Shown in pieces: positions 56,601 to 64,000 of a stretch of 64,000 nt of DNA. The stretch comes from a virus. Its lineage: Duplodnaviria; Caudoviricetes. A program made the translations under genes and the position numbers. Where the stretch lies: IMG/VR virus record IMGVR_UViG_3300037851_000284, positions 64,001 through 128,000 of that record. One strand, written 5' to 3'. Each line of letters begins with the position of its first letter. Positions within the stretch are counted from its first letter, which is position 1. The notes beneath the pieces are model-generated. The model worked only from the letters and a program-made list of their open reading frames with translations. It did no database searches and was not told the origin of the DNA.

Positions 56601-57015
56601 TGATATTGGTAGAAGTATCAAAAGATTCTGTAAAATTATATTTTAAAAAATCGTCTCCTATATTTCCGTTAGCTATATCTGTAGCATTAGATTTTATTCT
56701 TCTCATTTCTCTTTTAACGCCGTTGTGTTCTTTAAGAGAATTGGTTAGTTGATCAAGAATTTCCTGAGATTCTTTTTCTATAGAATTAAACAAGACATCA
56801 ATATCATCTATAATGTTAGAAAATTTTTTCCTGATTTCAACTATATCTATATCAGTCATGTGAGTATTAGTTGTAATTGGAATATTTTCTTCAGACGTTA
56901 ATTCGTTTATTTTAGATAACACATCATTTTTACTTGGAATACGCGGAGTTCCATATTCTCCTCTAATAAACGAAGAATAAACTTTGTCATATAGACTATT
57001 GATTTTATAATTCAT
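53626..57015 (-). CDS. large probable virion structural protein (1129 aa; tail/baseplate region)
   Basis: N-terminal helical segment then long S/T/N/G/Y-rich beta region; structural role inferred. Confidence 0.55.
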   Translation of the reverse strand: MNYKINSLYDKVYSSFIRGEYGTPRIPSKNDVLSKINELTSEENIPITTNTHMTDIDIVEIRKKFSNIIDDIDVLFNSIEKESQEILDQLTNSLKEHNGVKREMRRIKSNATDIANGNIGDDFLKYNFTESFDTSTNINVQRSDPVNYDAGLFTINKDISNILSLEHYRGSKIEFNIVENFAQINEYGYVGSSDPAAMLDQDDPRQLVYRIITSTPTPLKASITLQLAPDASEVEINSVVIDMDSDIAKGYIRLYYKNQFEWKDVNTQSIQEIKSDKVIFNFPNTKTAYIKIEFIKESPDSFDTNTYYYVINNIAISQSTSRRSATLYSKPISVNSYSSETSIINNLTVSGDIDVPPNCDVNVYVAQDIKISGAFLNSGNLPVNYDSSEAYKFDSTYNGYVYLSDIINSTDTITGVLNYKGLDFNWKNIQFINTNFEQVPKQIDFDNTIRNKKLDNSLFIVTNPLMYGDVGYTGILQLSGWVNTSNTAWATMSPLVTAGILVSGIDIATDLSIAWANIEDSSGNLHPSIAADNRYSGQWLGFGSGIGYPFNYTLSGSLLVFNDYTAHVNGWWRPFSETVTPTGINGLFSESGFLKDSYHNFVPDFYFNNTPFYKIYKFGRRETLLDSTVKLYTYQERPFENDGDLYPCHFKWKYKSKFINKVGFKEKDSDPANPASWIEYCIPIASSIINTNEEFIIDSITEVKIHNTAEVLDSKEYQVLYSGVTITGIYFGPLSDTKYLLKPSGITFDYTYLYRTKNEYLSTWTGYAIIAANAYNPYIIIPNVKVVDKNINLINKIAIENLDTGQITDYLEDNGGMFKIFFGSTNTESHFKITLFCASNDDNGYCADNWSPYKNKQSSSITISPNVKLVYKIDPIKLVGLDTLLYNSFTGDQRAAIYEENGEKFIVVKFPSKDTVPGYYFDSINKKYYSDSTKQLDNKGHWVRQHNYDKRFVDQFYYTTGSSGNILYIKDNVTRDTTWNGGATLNEFPNYTGITYYPHHSTYGYPINVDSVNTQKITLYPNDIDPRAPTASGTVGSSNWLSWLLATGHGTDRRIYLVSNSVEIDDINRGFLFFNTGENLSSYYSISYRTSIHSDDTNNRFLYKIVLLSDDTGSLVPKIRSIRFTINEE

Positions 57016-58372
57016 TCAATTGATCCTTATCAAAGATAATACATTTGTAATTATAAATCTCAGGAGGGATAAATCTATCCTCTTTTATTTTAGAAAGATC
57101 AAATACTATCTTAACTCTAAATATCTTAACGTTGTTTATTTCTATATATTTTATATATGAAACATCGTTTTGTAGCTTATCAAATATTAAGATTTTTGGT
57201 ACAATATTTCCATCAGACTTTTCGTCTATTCTATTAATTGGCGAAATTCTTTCCCACTTAGAATTAATTTCTATGAAATATTTAACTACATCATATCTAT
57301 TTATATCTACGTATTCTGGTATAAATTCCTCGGATTTAATAGAAATAGAATATAGATTAAAATCGACTGGATAGTAGTTTGATACATATACTCCCTGTTT
57401 AACATAAATATTATCTCTTATTGCTATATCATTTATTCCTATGCTTAATCTTTTCCTATTGATAATGTTAGGCTCAATTTCGACTTCTCCAACTTTCTTC
57501 AATTTATTAACATCCGGAGAACTAAATACCTGGTTGTCTAGATTTCTAAAGTAGTTGTCGGAATCTATAAATTTTTGATGATCCAAGCGTATAATACGGT
57601 CATTGGATCCTGGTTTATTAGAACTAGCACTAACGTTGGATATATATAAATCGTAAATTGCGGGAGTATTATATTGGGTTCGAGTATCATAATAATTTAC
57701 ATTAAAGGTTATACCAGAACTCATAGTTCCAGAACCATAGTAAATCCAATCAGATAGGGACGGTATCAATACTCCGCTATCATGAGCATAATTAATTTTA
57801 AATCTATATGGTCCATCGTTAGGATATACTCCATAAGCAGCATCTCCTTCATTATAAAGAGTATCCCATTTTACATTATATCTCATTGAATTATTACTAG
57901 ATAGATACCCGCTTATTATTACTTCTTTATTCTGTATATTATGTGGAAAAGTATAGACTCCACTATAACTACCATATATTTCTTCAGTATCTCTTTGTAA
58001 TATCCAATGAACATTAAATATTTTATTTTCCCAATAATAATCGTTTATTTTAACATCATTAAATTTTAAGTTAACATCAGAATCAGTATCATTCTCCCCG
58101 CCTAATACAGAAAAAATACCATAAGATATGTCATGATAAAATTTATCTCCGCGTAATCTAGTAAGTAGAGCACTAACAGAGTAAGCCTCTACTGGGTCTG
58201 GTAAGACAGTAATTCCGCTTGGTACTATTATAGCTTTAACTTTCGAGTTTGGAGTCAGAGTATATTCCCCAGACACTCTTAAATATAGATTGGCGTCCCC
58301 TTTATTAACAGCAACCATCTTAAGAGATGGTAAAGAAGAAGCACCAAGATTAACATAAACATAGTTTGCCAT
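57005..58372 (-). CDS. probable virion structural protein (455 aa)
   Basis: Beta-rich; shares C-terminal motif with neighbours. Confidence 0.5.
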   Translation of the reverse strand: MANYVYVNLGASSLPSLKMVAVNKGDANLYLRVSGEYTLTPNSKVKAIIVPSGITVLPDPVEAYSVSALLTRLRGDKFYHDISYGIFSVLGGENDTDSDVNLKFNDVKINDYYWENKIFNVHWILQRDTEEIYGSYSGVYTFPHNIQNKEVIISGYLSSNNSMRYNVKWDTLYNEGDAAYGVYPNDGPYRFKINYAHDSGVLIPSLSDWIYYGSGTMSSGITFNVNYYDTRTQYNTPAIYDLYISNVSASSNKPGSNDRIIRLDHQKFIDSDNYFRNLDNQVFSSPDVNKLKKVGEVEIEPNIINRKRLSIGINDIAIRDNIYVKQGVYVSNYYPVDFNLYSISIKSEEFIPEYVDINRYDVVKYFIEINSKWERISPINRIDEKSDGNIVPKILIFDKLQNDVSYIKYIEINNVKIFRVKIVFDLSKIKEDRFIPPEIYNYKCIIFDKDQLNEL

Positions 58373-58380
58373 TGTTGTCC

Positions 58381-59988
58381 TTAGAATGGAATATTAAAGT
58401 TATTAGCTTTATTAGTTACGCACCATACTGATGCTTGATTAAATTGGTCTTCAATTCCGATATAAAATTTATACCTACCAGATTTTGATATAGTTATCTC
58501 TATTGATTGATCAGATAAAGAAGTATAAGTATTAGGAGTCAAAGTCGTTGAATTATAATACAATCCAGCGATTCCTAACGTAAATAATTGTTCCATTGTT
58601 GGTCCGGAAAGTTCAACATTAGGATAGGTCTCTACACTATCATACGGAGTGTATATACTTTTAAAAACAGCTAGATACTTTTCAAGCTCCGTTGTTTGCA
58701 GTGCTGCAGCATAAACCTTTGTGATATATGGATATATCTGAGAATCAGGCAACTTATCTCTAGAGGTACCTTTACTCCAATCTTCATGATTTGCATCAAA
58801 GGTTATTTTTGCGTAACACACCGTACCTGTAGGATTAATAAATATGTAAGGATTTAAATTATTAATATTATCTATTACGTTAGACTCATAAGAACCAGAG
58901 ACCATAAATTGTATTTTAACATCGTCTATTGAAAATCTATGACCTTTACAGAAACTGACCATATCAGAATAGGCTATTCCTCCAGAAATAGCTGGTTTAA
59001 TTCCTGCTAGTTTTGGTTCATATGAAACATAACAATAATCCCCTCTCTTCATCGTTGAACTAGGAATCATAATAGTTGAAGGAGGTAAAAAGTTACTGGT
59101 GTAATTTACAGGAGACCCTTCTTTTATCTTATTCTCAGCTCTACTATATACACATTTTTTTACATTCTGTAATTCCGTATATGTTACACTATTTTTATTA
59201 CTATCCATAGTAATAGAAAAATATACTTCTGCATCAGTTTTATTAATGGCAGGACTAACAGATATACTTCCAGTAGCATTAGGAGGGTCTAGAGATACTC
59301 CAGTATACTCTTTTGATGCTATTATTACTCCGTATTTATTTAGAACTTTTACGTTAATAATACAGTTACTTAGAACGAAATTAGGGTCGGTGAATAAATA
59401 AGAACTTGGAGCATTGCTTAAATCCAGTTTTGCTGTTATACCAAGATTAAAACTACCAGTAGAGTTATCATAATGCCAGAACAATCCCTTTATTCTTTGC
59501 TCCGTTCCACCGTATAATAGATTAACTGAACTACAAGTAAAAGTAATTATAACGTCTTCGCCTATAGCCCAATAACCAGTTCTAGAACCAGTTTTATTGG
59601 CGTTCCATGTAGCGTAATCTCCCCCAATAGTAAATCCCATATCGGGTCTATAGTTATCATTAATTTCTATTCCGCCTTTGTCTGTGTTCCAACCCGTAGC
59701 TATTGGTAACTTTGAATAAATTCCACTACAACTATTGATATTAATTACTATAGGTATTCCGTTTTCTGAAATTATTTTAGATTTATCGTCGGTGTAATTT
59801 TGGGATCCCAAGGTAGGGTCCGCCCAATAACCAATGGTTGCTGTGCTTCCCAAAGTAAGAGTTTGAGGAGAATAATTTTTGTTTATTATAGATAAGTTGT
59901 TGGCAGAAGAACTATATAAAATAACCTGATTATCATTAGTACTAAAACCAACATCATCTTGAGAATATAATATATTTTTTGTTTCCAT
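58381..59988 (-). CDS. probable virion structural protein (535 aa)
   Basis: S/T/G/N-rich beta composition; possible C-terminal Ig-like strands (GRYKFYIGIED). Confidence 0.5.
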   Translation of the reverse strand: METKNILYSQDDVGFSTNDNQVILYSSSANNLSIINKNYSPQTLTLGSTATIGYWADPTLGSQNYTDDKSKIISENGIPIVININSCSGIYSKLPIATGWNTDKGGIEINDNYRPDMGFTIGGDYATWNANKTGSRTGYWAIGEDVIITFTCSSVNLLYGGTEQRIKGLFWHYDNSTGSFNLGITAKLDLSNAPSSYLFTDPNFVLSNCIINVKVLNKYGVIIASKEYTGVSLDPPNATGSISVSPAINKTDAEVYFSITMDSNKNSVTYTELQNVKKCVYSRAENKIKEGSPVNYTSNFLPPSTIMIPSSTMKRGDYCYVSYEPKLAGIKPAISGGIAYSDMVSFCKGHRFSIDDVKIQFMVSGSYESNVIDNINNLNPYIFINPTGTVCYAKITFDANHEDWSKGTSRDKLPDSQIYPYITKVYAAALQTTELEKYLAVFKSIYTPYDSVETYPNVELSGPTMEQLFTLGIAGLYYNSTTLTPNTYTSLSDQSIEITISKSGRYKFYIGIEDQFNQASVWCVTNKANNFNIPF

Positions 59989-59989
59989 T

Positions 59990-61531
59990 TTATACCGAGA
60001 AAAATTCTAAGCTATTGATTTGTCCGTCTTTAGATAAAGTAATTTTATCTATTACTAAGGTTGTTGACCCTATAAATTTTAAATTGCTTGTAACACTAGA
60101 ACAGTTACTTGTTATATTTTCAACTATCGATTTATCTTGATTACAATTATTATTTATTATTATATTACTTTCATTTATTTGTGTTGCTCCTGCTGTTCTT
60201 AATTTAGCTGGTAATCCATTATAAAGAATACCGGTTCCTAAAGAAGCAGCGAAACTAGAACTGATTGTAGGAAATTTAAATATATATCTTTTTGAATCAG
60301 AATGAAATAATATATATAAATTACTACTCTTTTCGATTAAATCTACATCAGTTCCATTAAAAATTCTACGGCTTGCTATATTAAGTAATGAGTCATAAAT
60401 TATCATATCTGAAGTTAAATCCGAGTTATTTATCAAATACACATAATATCCATTTGCTGTATACATTGATATTCTTAGTACTGTAGTTTCAGTATATACA
60501 GTAGAGTCGTAGTCAGTTACAGCAGTAAACCCAGAAGATAAAGTAAACTTACTAATTGTATGAATATATCTATAACCGTTTCTGTCTACAAAGTAGTTCT
60601 TAATAGAGTTCGCAACAACTACGACGCCAGTAGAAGATAGATAATCGATATCTACTAGGCAACCTAGACTCATTGGTTGAAACCTAAAATTAATATATCG
60701 ACTATCTGAAATATAACGACCTGGAATAAGATTATAATTCCATAGCTTAGAGGTATAGGCTCCAGTAATAGAAGTATTTATTTTAGCAATATCCATAGAA
60801 GCAGTTGATTCTCCAAACCAAGCAGTATCAACTGGATACCCCCATGCGGTGGGAGTTATACTTAGATTTTTTCCAGCTACAGTTAAATCGCTTCTATTGA
60901 CTCGTATTCTTACTACTACAGGAATGGTCCAAAACCAATGAAACGGTTTAGTAAAAGAAATACTAATATCAGAATATGAACCAAACATATCTACTCTACT
61001 AGATACCGCTATATATAAATCATCATATGTAGTATTAGATTCTACCACCATCGATGCTTGTAGGTCATAGGCTTCTATCTTATTAACTGTAACATCAACG
61101 TATTTACTATTTCCTAAGTTTTGCATTTCCCATTGCTGAGAAGACACAAAATATTTAAGACAACTTCTAGGAACATTTAGTTCTATAAATTTAGTAGCAG
61201 AATCAAATTCTGCAGGCATTGAAAGAGAAGAAGTAATTCCTGGATTGAACGCCGCTATGTCTGTAGCACTATCAATCAAAGAAGATTTGATTTTATTAAA
61301 AAACGTAGCATCGTTAATCATTAATCTGTAAGGTAATACAGGTATTATATGTTTTGATAAAACTAAATCTTTATCAGAACCTTGAGCTGTACGTATTATA
61401 AGTTGTTTTCCGCTATCACAGTTAATAGTAGATAAAGTATAATTAATAGCCAAAGAATTATACTTCGAGGCAGTAAATCCTTTTTTATTATTAACATACC
61501 CAATAGTGTCTGGATAGTTATAAGTAGACAT
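59990..61531 (-). CDS. probable virion structural protein (513 aa)
   Basis: S/T-rich beta composition in the same operon. Confidence 0.5.
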   Translation of the reverse strand: MSTYNYPDTIGYVNNKKGFTASKYNSLAINYTLSTINCDSGKQLIIRTAQGSDKDLVLSKHIIPVLPYRLMINDATFFNKIKSSLIDSATDIAAFNPGITSSLSMPAEFDSATKFIELNVPRSCLKYFVSSQQWEMQNLGNSKYVDVTVNKIEAYDLQASMVVESNTTYDDLYIAVSSRVDMFGSYSDISISFTKPFHWFWTIPVVVRIRVNRSDLTVAGKNLSITPTAWGYPVDTAWFGESTASMDIAKINTSITGAYTSKLWNYNLIPGRYISDSRYINFRFQPMSLGCLVDIDYLSSTGVVVVANSIKNYFVDRNGYRYIHTISKFTLSSGFTAVTDYDSTVYTETTVLRISMYTANGYYVYLINNSDLTSDMIIYDSLLNIASRRIFNGTDVDLIEKSSNLYILFHSDSKRYIFKFPTISSSFAASLGTGILYNGLPAKLRTAGATQINESNIIINNNCNQDKSIVENITSNCSSVTSNLKFIGSTTLVIDKITLSKDGQINSLEFFSV

Positions 61532-63009
61532 TATTTTCTCCTTGATAATAATACGTTTATAGCTCTTATTTTTTCATTTGCTTCGTCTGCTTCAGAATCA
61601 ACAAAAATATCATAGGTTTTGTTTAATATTAATAAAATATCTTCCTGATTTGTATCCGTAAGATAATAATTTTGTTGGGAACTATAACTATAATGACTCA
61701 TCGTAAATCCAATAGGAACCCAATGTAGAAAATCAGACCCGTATTCTAATATAAGCTCGATTCTAGATGGTTTTACAAATCCTCCTTTTATAACACACTT
61801 ATACTCTCCGTTATGAGTTATATCATTTGAATACGACGGTTCTGATAAATAATAATATGTATCAGTTCCATTTTTATTCGTAAAAACCTTTGATTCAGAC
61901 CAGATAATTTTAGGATAATAACCTAAATCATCTGGTTCTATATCTATAATAATTTCGTTAGTTATTGGAGCATCCGGAGTAAATGGTATAACGAGTTTGT
62001 ATTGAGGAGTAGTACCATTTGACACAGAAATATTTGACGAAACATATCTTCCTTGTAATGAATTGGGTATATCTAAAAGTATTGATTCTGCGTCCCTATT
62101 AAAAATCTTTCCGATATAATTTTTTAGAGCATATTCGTCTGGAATATATATATCTTTAGAATATATAGCCCCAATAGTCCCAGCAGCAAGGTCGTTCAGT
62201 CTATACGAGGTAGTTATTCTAATTTGTCTATTAAAAACGTCTACTTCTGTTTTAACTCCTTCAAATTCGCACCATCCAATTCCAGTATTGTCGTTAGAAT
62301 CTATCATCATTCTTCTATAGGATTCTATATCGGAAGGATTTGTACTTATAAAATGAACATCGGACCGTTTTGGTATTTTCCAATGAGACCCTATTCCTAA
62401 GGTTTTATTATTAGGATAAGTAGTCGCGTCAGGAATAGAAGTGGTAAAAAATATTCTAACGTTATTTATGTCAATCGGTTTTGATAAGGACCTAGACGCA
62501 TCTAAAGATAAAACGCCTCTGTGTTCATCTATACTTACTCCTTCGGATTCGAAACTCATATTGTCGGAACTTAAGAATGGGTTACTTGACGGAATCGTTA
62601 ATTCCCTTCCAATATACTTTTTATTCTTAATATACAAAGAATATACTTCTTGTTGAGTAGAAGTAAGATTTTCAAACGTTTTTAATCTTTGATACGAATT
62701 AAAATTAATTAAATTATTTACGTCGTTTTCTATTAGTTTTTGAGACGTAAAAATTTTCTGCATATCTATATTTATATTATTAATTAGTTTATTAAATTTT
62801 TGAGAATCAGGATAATCTTTTTCTTTTGGAATATCGTCTTTAGAAGAAATCTTACCACCAATTAATTTAAATAAATCATTTAGTCCTCGTAATATAGATT
62901 TCAAAAAAAGAGAATCTGTATGTATATTATAATTTTTATATACAATTTTAACTCTATTAAAGAAAGTTTCAACGTATTTTTGATTTATTTTGTGAAAATA
63001 TGATTTCAT
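61531..63009 (-). CDS. probable virion structural protein (492 aa)
   Basis: N-terminal helical region resembles that of 53626..57015. Confidence 0.5.
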   Translation of the reverse strand: MKSYFHKINQKYVETFFNRVKIVYKNYNIHTDSLFLKSILRGLNDLFKLIGGKISSKDDIPKEKDYPDSQKFNKLINNINIDMQKIFTSQKLIENDVNNLINFNSYQRLKTFENLTSTQQEVYSLYIKNKKYIGRELTIPSSNPFLSSDNMSFESEGVSIDEHRGVLSLDASRSLSKPIDINNVRIFFTTSIPDATTYPNNKTLGIGSHWKIPKRSDVHFISTNPSDIESYRRMMIDSNDNTGIGWCEFEGVKTEVDVFNRQIRITTSYRLNDLAAGTIGAIYSKDIYIPDEYALKNYIGKIFNRDAESILLDIPNSLQGRYVSSNISVSNGTTPQYKLVIPFTPDAPITNEIIIDIEPDDLGYYPKIIWSESKVFTNKNGTDTYYYLSEPSYSNDITHNGEYKCVIKGGFVKPSRIELILEYGSDFLHWVPIGFTMSHYSYSSQQNYYLTDTNQEDILLILNKTYDIFVDSEADEANEKIRAINVLLSRRK

Positions 63010-63010
63010 T

Positions 63011-63772
63011 TTATCCCTTTAAATACTGACCATGTAGTTTAGCTATATAATAATCTACCGTAGGGGTAGAATAACTTTTCAACCCAGAATTTCCAGACAT
63101 TAAACACTTGATTTTAATAGAGTTATATGTTATAAAACAATGAAGTTTAATTTGAGATTGGTCAAACCCAGCAAGATTCTGGTTAGTATATAATTTATTA
63201 ATAATATTATCATAATAAAATTCTTTATTTGAATTCGCTTTAATATCAATTAGAGTTATATCAGTATTAAAAGTATCATAGTCAGTAACGTCTTTAACAA
63301 CGCTCCCGAATAATTCTAAAAATATTGGTCTTCCTGAATAAACTTTTATATCGTCTGTTGTTGCAATATCATCAATAGCAGTAACTTTAGAATAAAATCC
63401 TAGGTTTTTACCAAACTGATTGTATAGTAAGACATCAGGATTAAATGTTAATTTTTTATTATAATATTTTCCAACTTTATATAAAGAAGTTAAAGTCCAG
63501 TCAACTCCATTAGAATGTCTGGATATCCGAAGAGGTAACCCTTCAGAATCATACCAAAACCAATCTTTTGTTTCTGTATCATATTTTGAAATATCTATAA
63601 ATGGATTAATTGGGTTCTCTCCATCACATAGAGTAATAACAGATTTAAGACCATTTAGACCAGTTTCAATTTTTAAATTATCATTAGCATTTAATATTCT
63701 TTTTTTAGGAATAATATAAAAAGGAATATAGATATTATTTAATAGTATTGATTCAGGAGTATATTCTATCAT
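63011..63772 (-). CDS. probable virion structural protein (253 aa)
   Basis: Shares C-terminal motif with neighbours; TAATG coupling to upstream ORF. Confidence 0.5.
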   Translation of the reverse strand: MIEYTPESILLNNIYIPFYIIPKKRILNANDNLKIETGLNGLKSVITLCDGENPINPFIDISKYDTETKDWFWYDSEGLPLRISRHSNGVDWTLTSLYKVGKYYNKKLTFNPDVLLYNQFGKNLGFYSKVTAIDDIATTDDIKVYSGRPIFLELFGSVVKDVTDYDTFNTDITLIDIKANSNKEFYYDNIINKLYTNQNLAGFDQSQIKLHCFITYNSIKIKCLMSGNSGLKSYSTPTVDYYIAKLHGQYLKG

Positions 63773-63999
63773 TATAATTCCCTCGTATCCGGTATGGGAG
63801 ACAAATTATAATAGACACTCAACACATCTAGATTTGCGTTACCAGAAAAATTACCAGTGTAGTGAGTAGTAGCATTAGCATATGTGCTATCTAATTTTGA
63901 TTCTCCAGTTTTAATATTAACAGAAAATCTATCGTAGGCAGCAGTAGTAGTATCTATAAGAGAAAGAAGAGATTTTGATATAAATATGCAATTATCAAA
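63772..63999 (-). CDS. 3' end of an ORF truncated by the window edge
   Basis: Open frame FDNCIFISKSLLSLIDTTTAAYDRFSVNIKTG...DTREL* whose TAA overlaps the ATG at 63772. Confidence 0.65.
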   Translation of the reverse strand, partial: FDNCIFISKSLLSLIDTTTAAYDRFSVNIKTGESKLDSTYANATTHYTGNFSGNANLDVLSVYYNLSPIPDTREL

Positions 64000-64000
64000 A

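Noticed and set aside
171-63772. Numerous antisense or nested ORFs in the track (e.g. 1071..1631, 14929..15279, 30645..31049, 46966..47412, 52209..52421)
   Set aside because: They lie opposite or inside well-supported genes, lack SD sites and motifs, and look like shadow ORFs.
1-64000. Stop-codon reassignment (TAG=Gln or TGA=Trp), prompted by the sigma gene ending at TAG followed by NIKKR and by the TGA in GFVSNSS copy 5
   Set aside because: Long conserved genes are intact under code 11. TAG and TGA terminate genes exactly where the next gene starts (e.g. 10737, 19276, 22943, 3120). Reading through TGA 11153 hits several more stops at once.

Overview
AT-rich, gene-dense segment of a large (jumbo-type) tailed dsDNA phage genome, read with the standard genetic code. 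The canonical TTGACA-type promoters, AGGAG Shine-Dalgarno sites and several Fe-S/B12 enzymes suggest a low-GC, probably anaerobic bacterial host (inference). There are four blocks. (1) 1-20.5 kb, replication, recombination and transcription: ThiF/E1-like protein, family B DNA polymerase, Dam methylase, sigma-70-like factor, Cas4-like exonuclease, gp88-like protein, Sak/Rad52 annealase and a DnaG-DnaB primase-helicase. (2) 8.5-11.6 kb, inside that block: a radical SAM enzyme with an atypical CX7CX2C motif, surrounded by six small genes (four intact, two decayed) that share only an N-terminal MKxRxGF(V/I)SNSS(S/T) motif. This is the best candidate here for an undescribed system. (3) 20.6-50.5 kb: a ~30 kb nucleotide-sugar biosynthesis and glycosylation island. 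It holds about 10 glycosyltransferase-like genes, 4 NAD-dependent epimerase/dehydratases, RfbH-like and YerE-like enzymes, methyltransferases, 2 radical SAMs and WecB, with no recognisable exporter or polymerase. It also carries two inteins (LAGLIDADG type at a catalytic Thr; HNH type inside a CxxxCxxC motif) and a free-standing HNH gene. GroES and a ClpP-like protease lie at its end. (4) 51.8-64 kb, minus strand: large S/T/N-rich probable virion proteins sharing terminal motifs. No tRNA, rRNA or CRISPR array was seen. All functional calls come from motif recognition; no database search was run.
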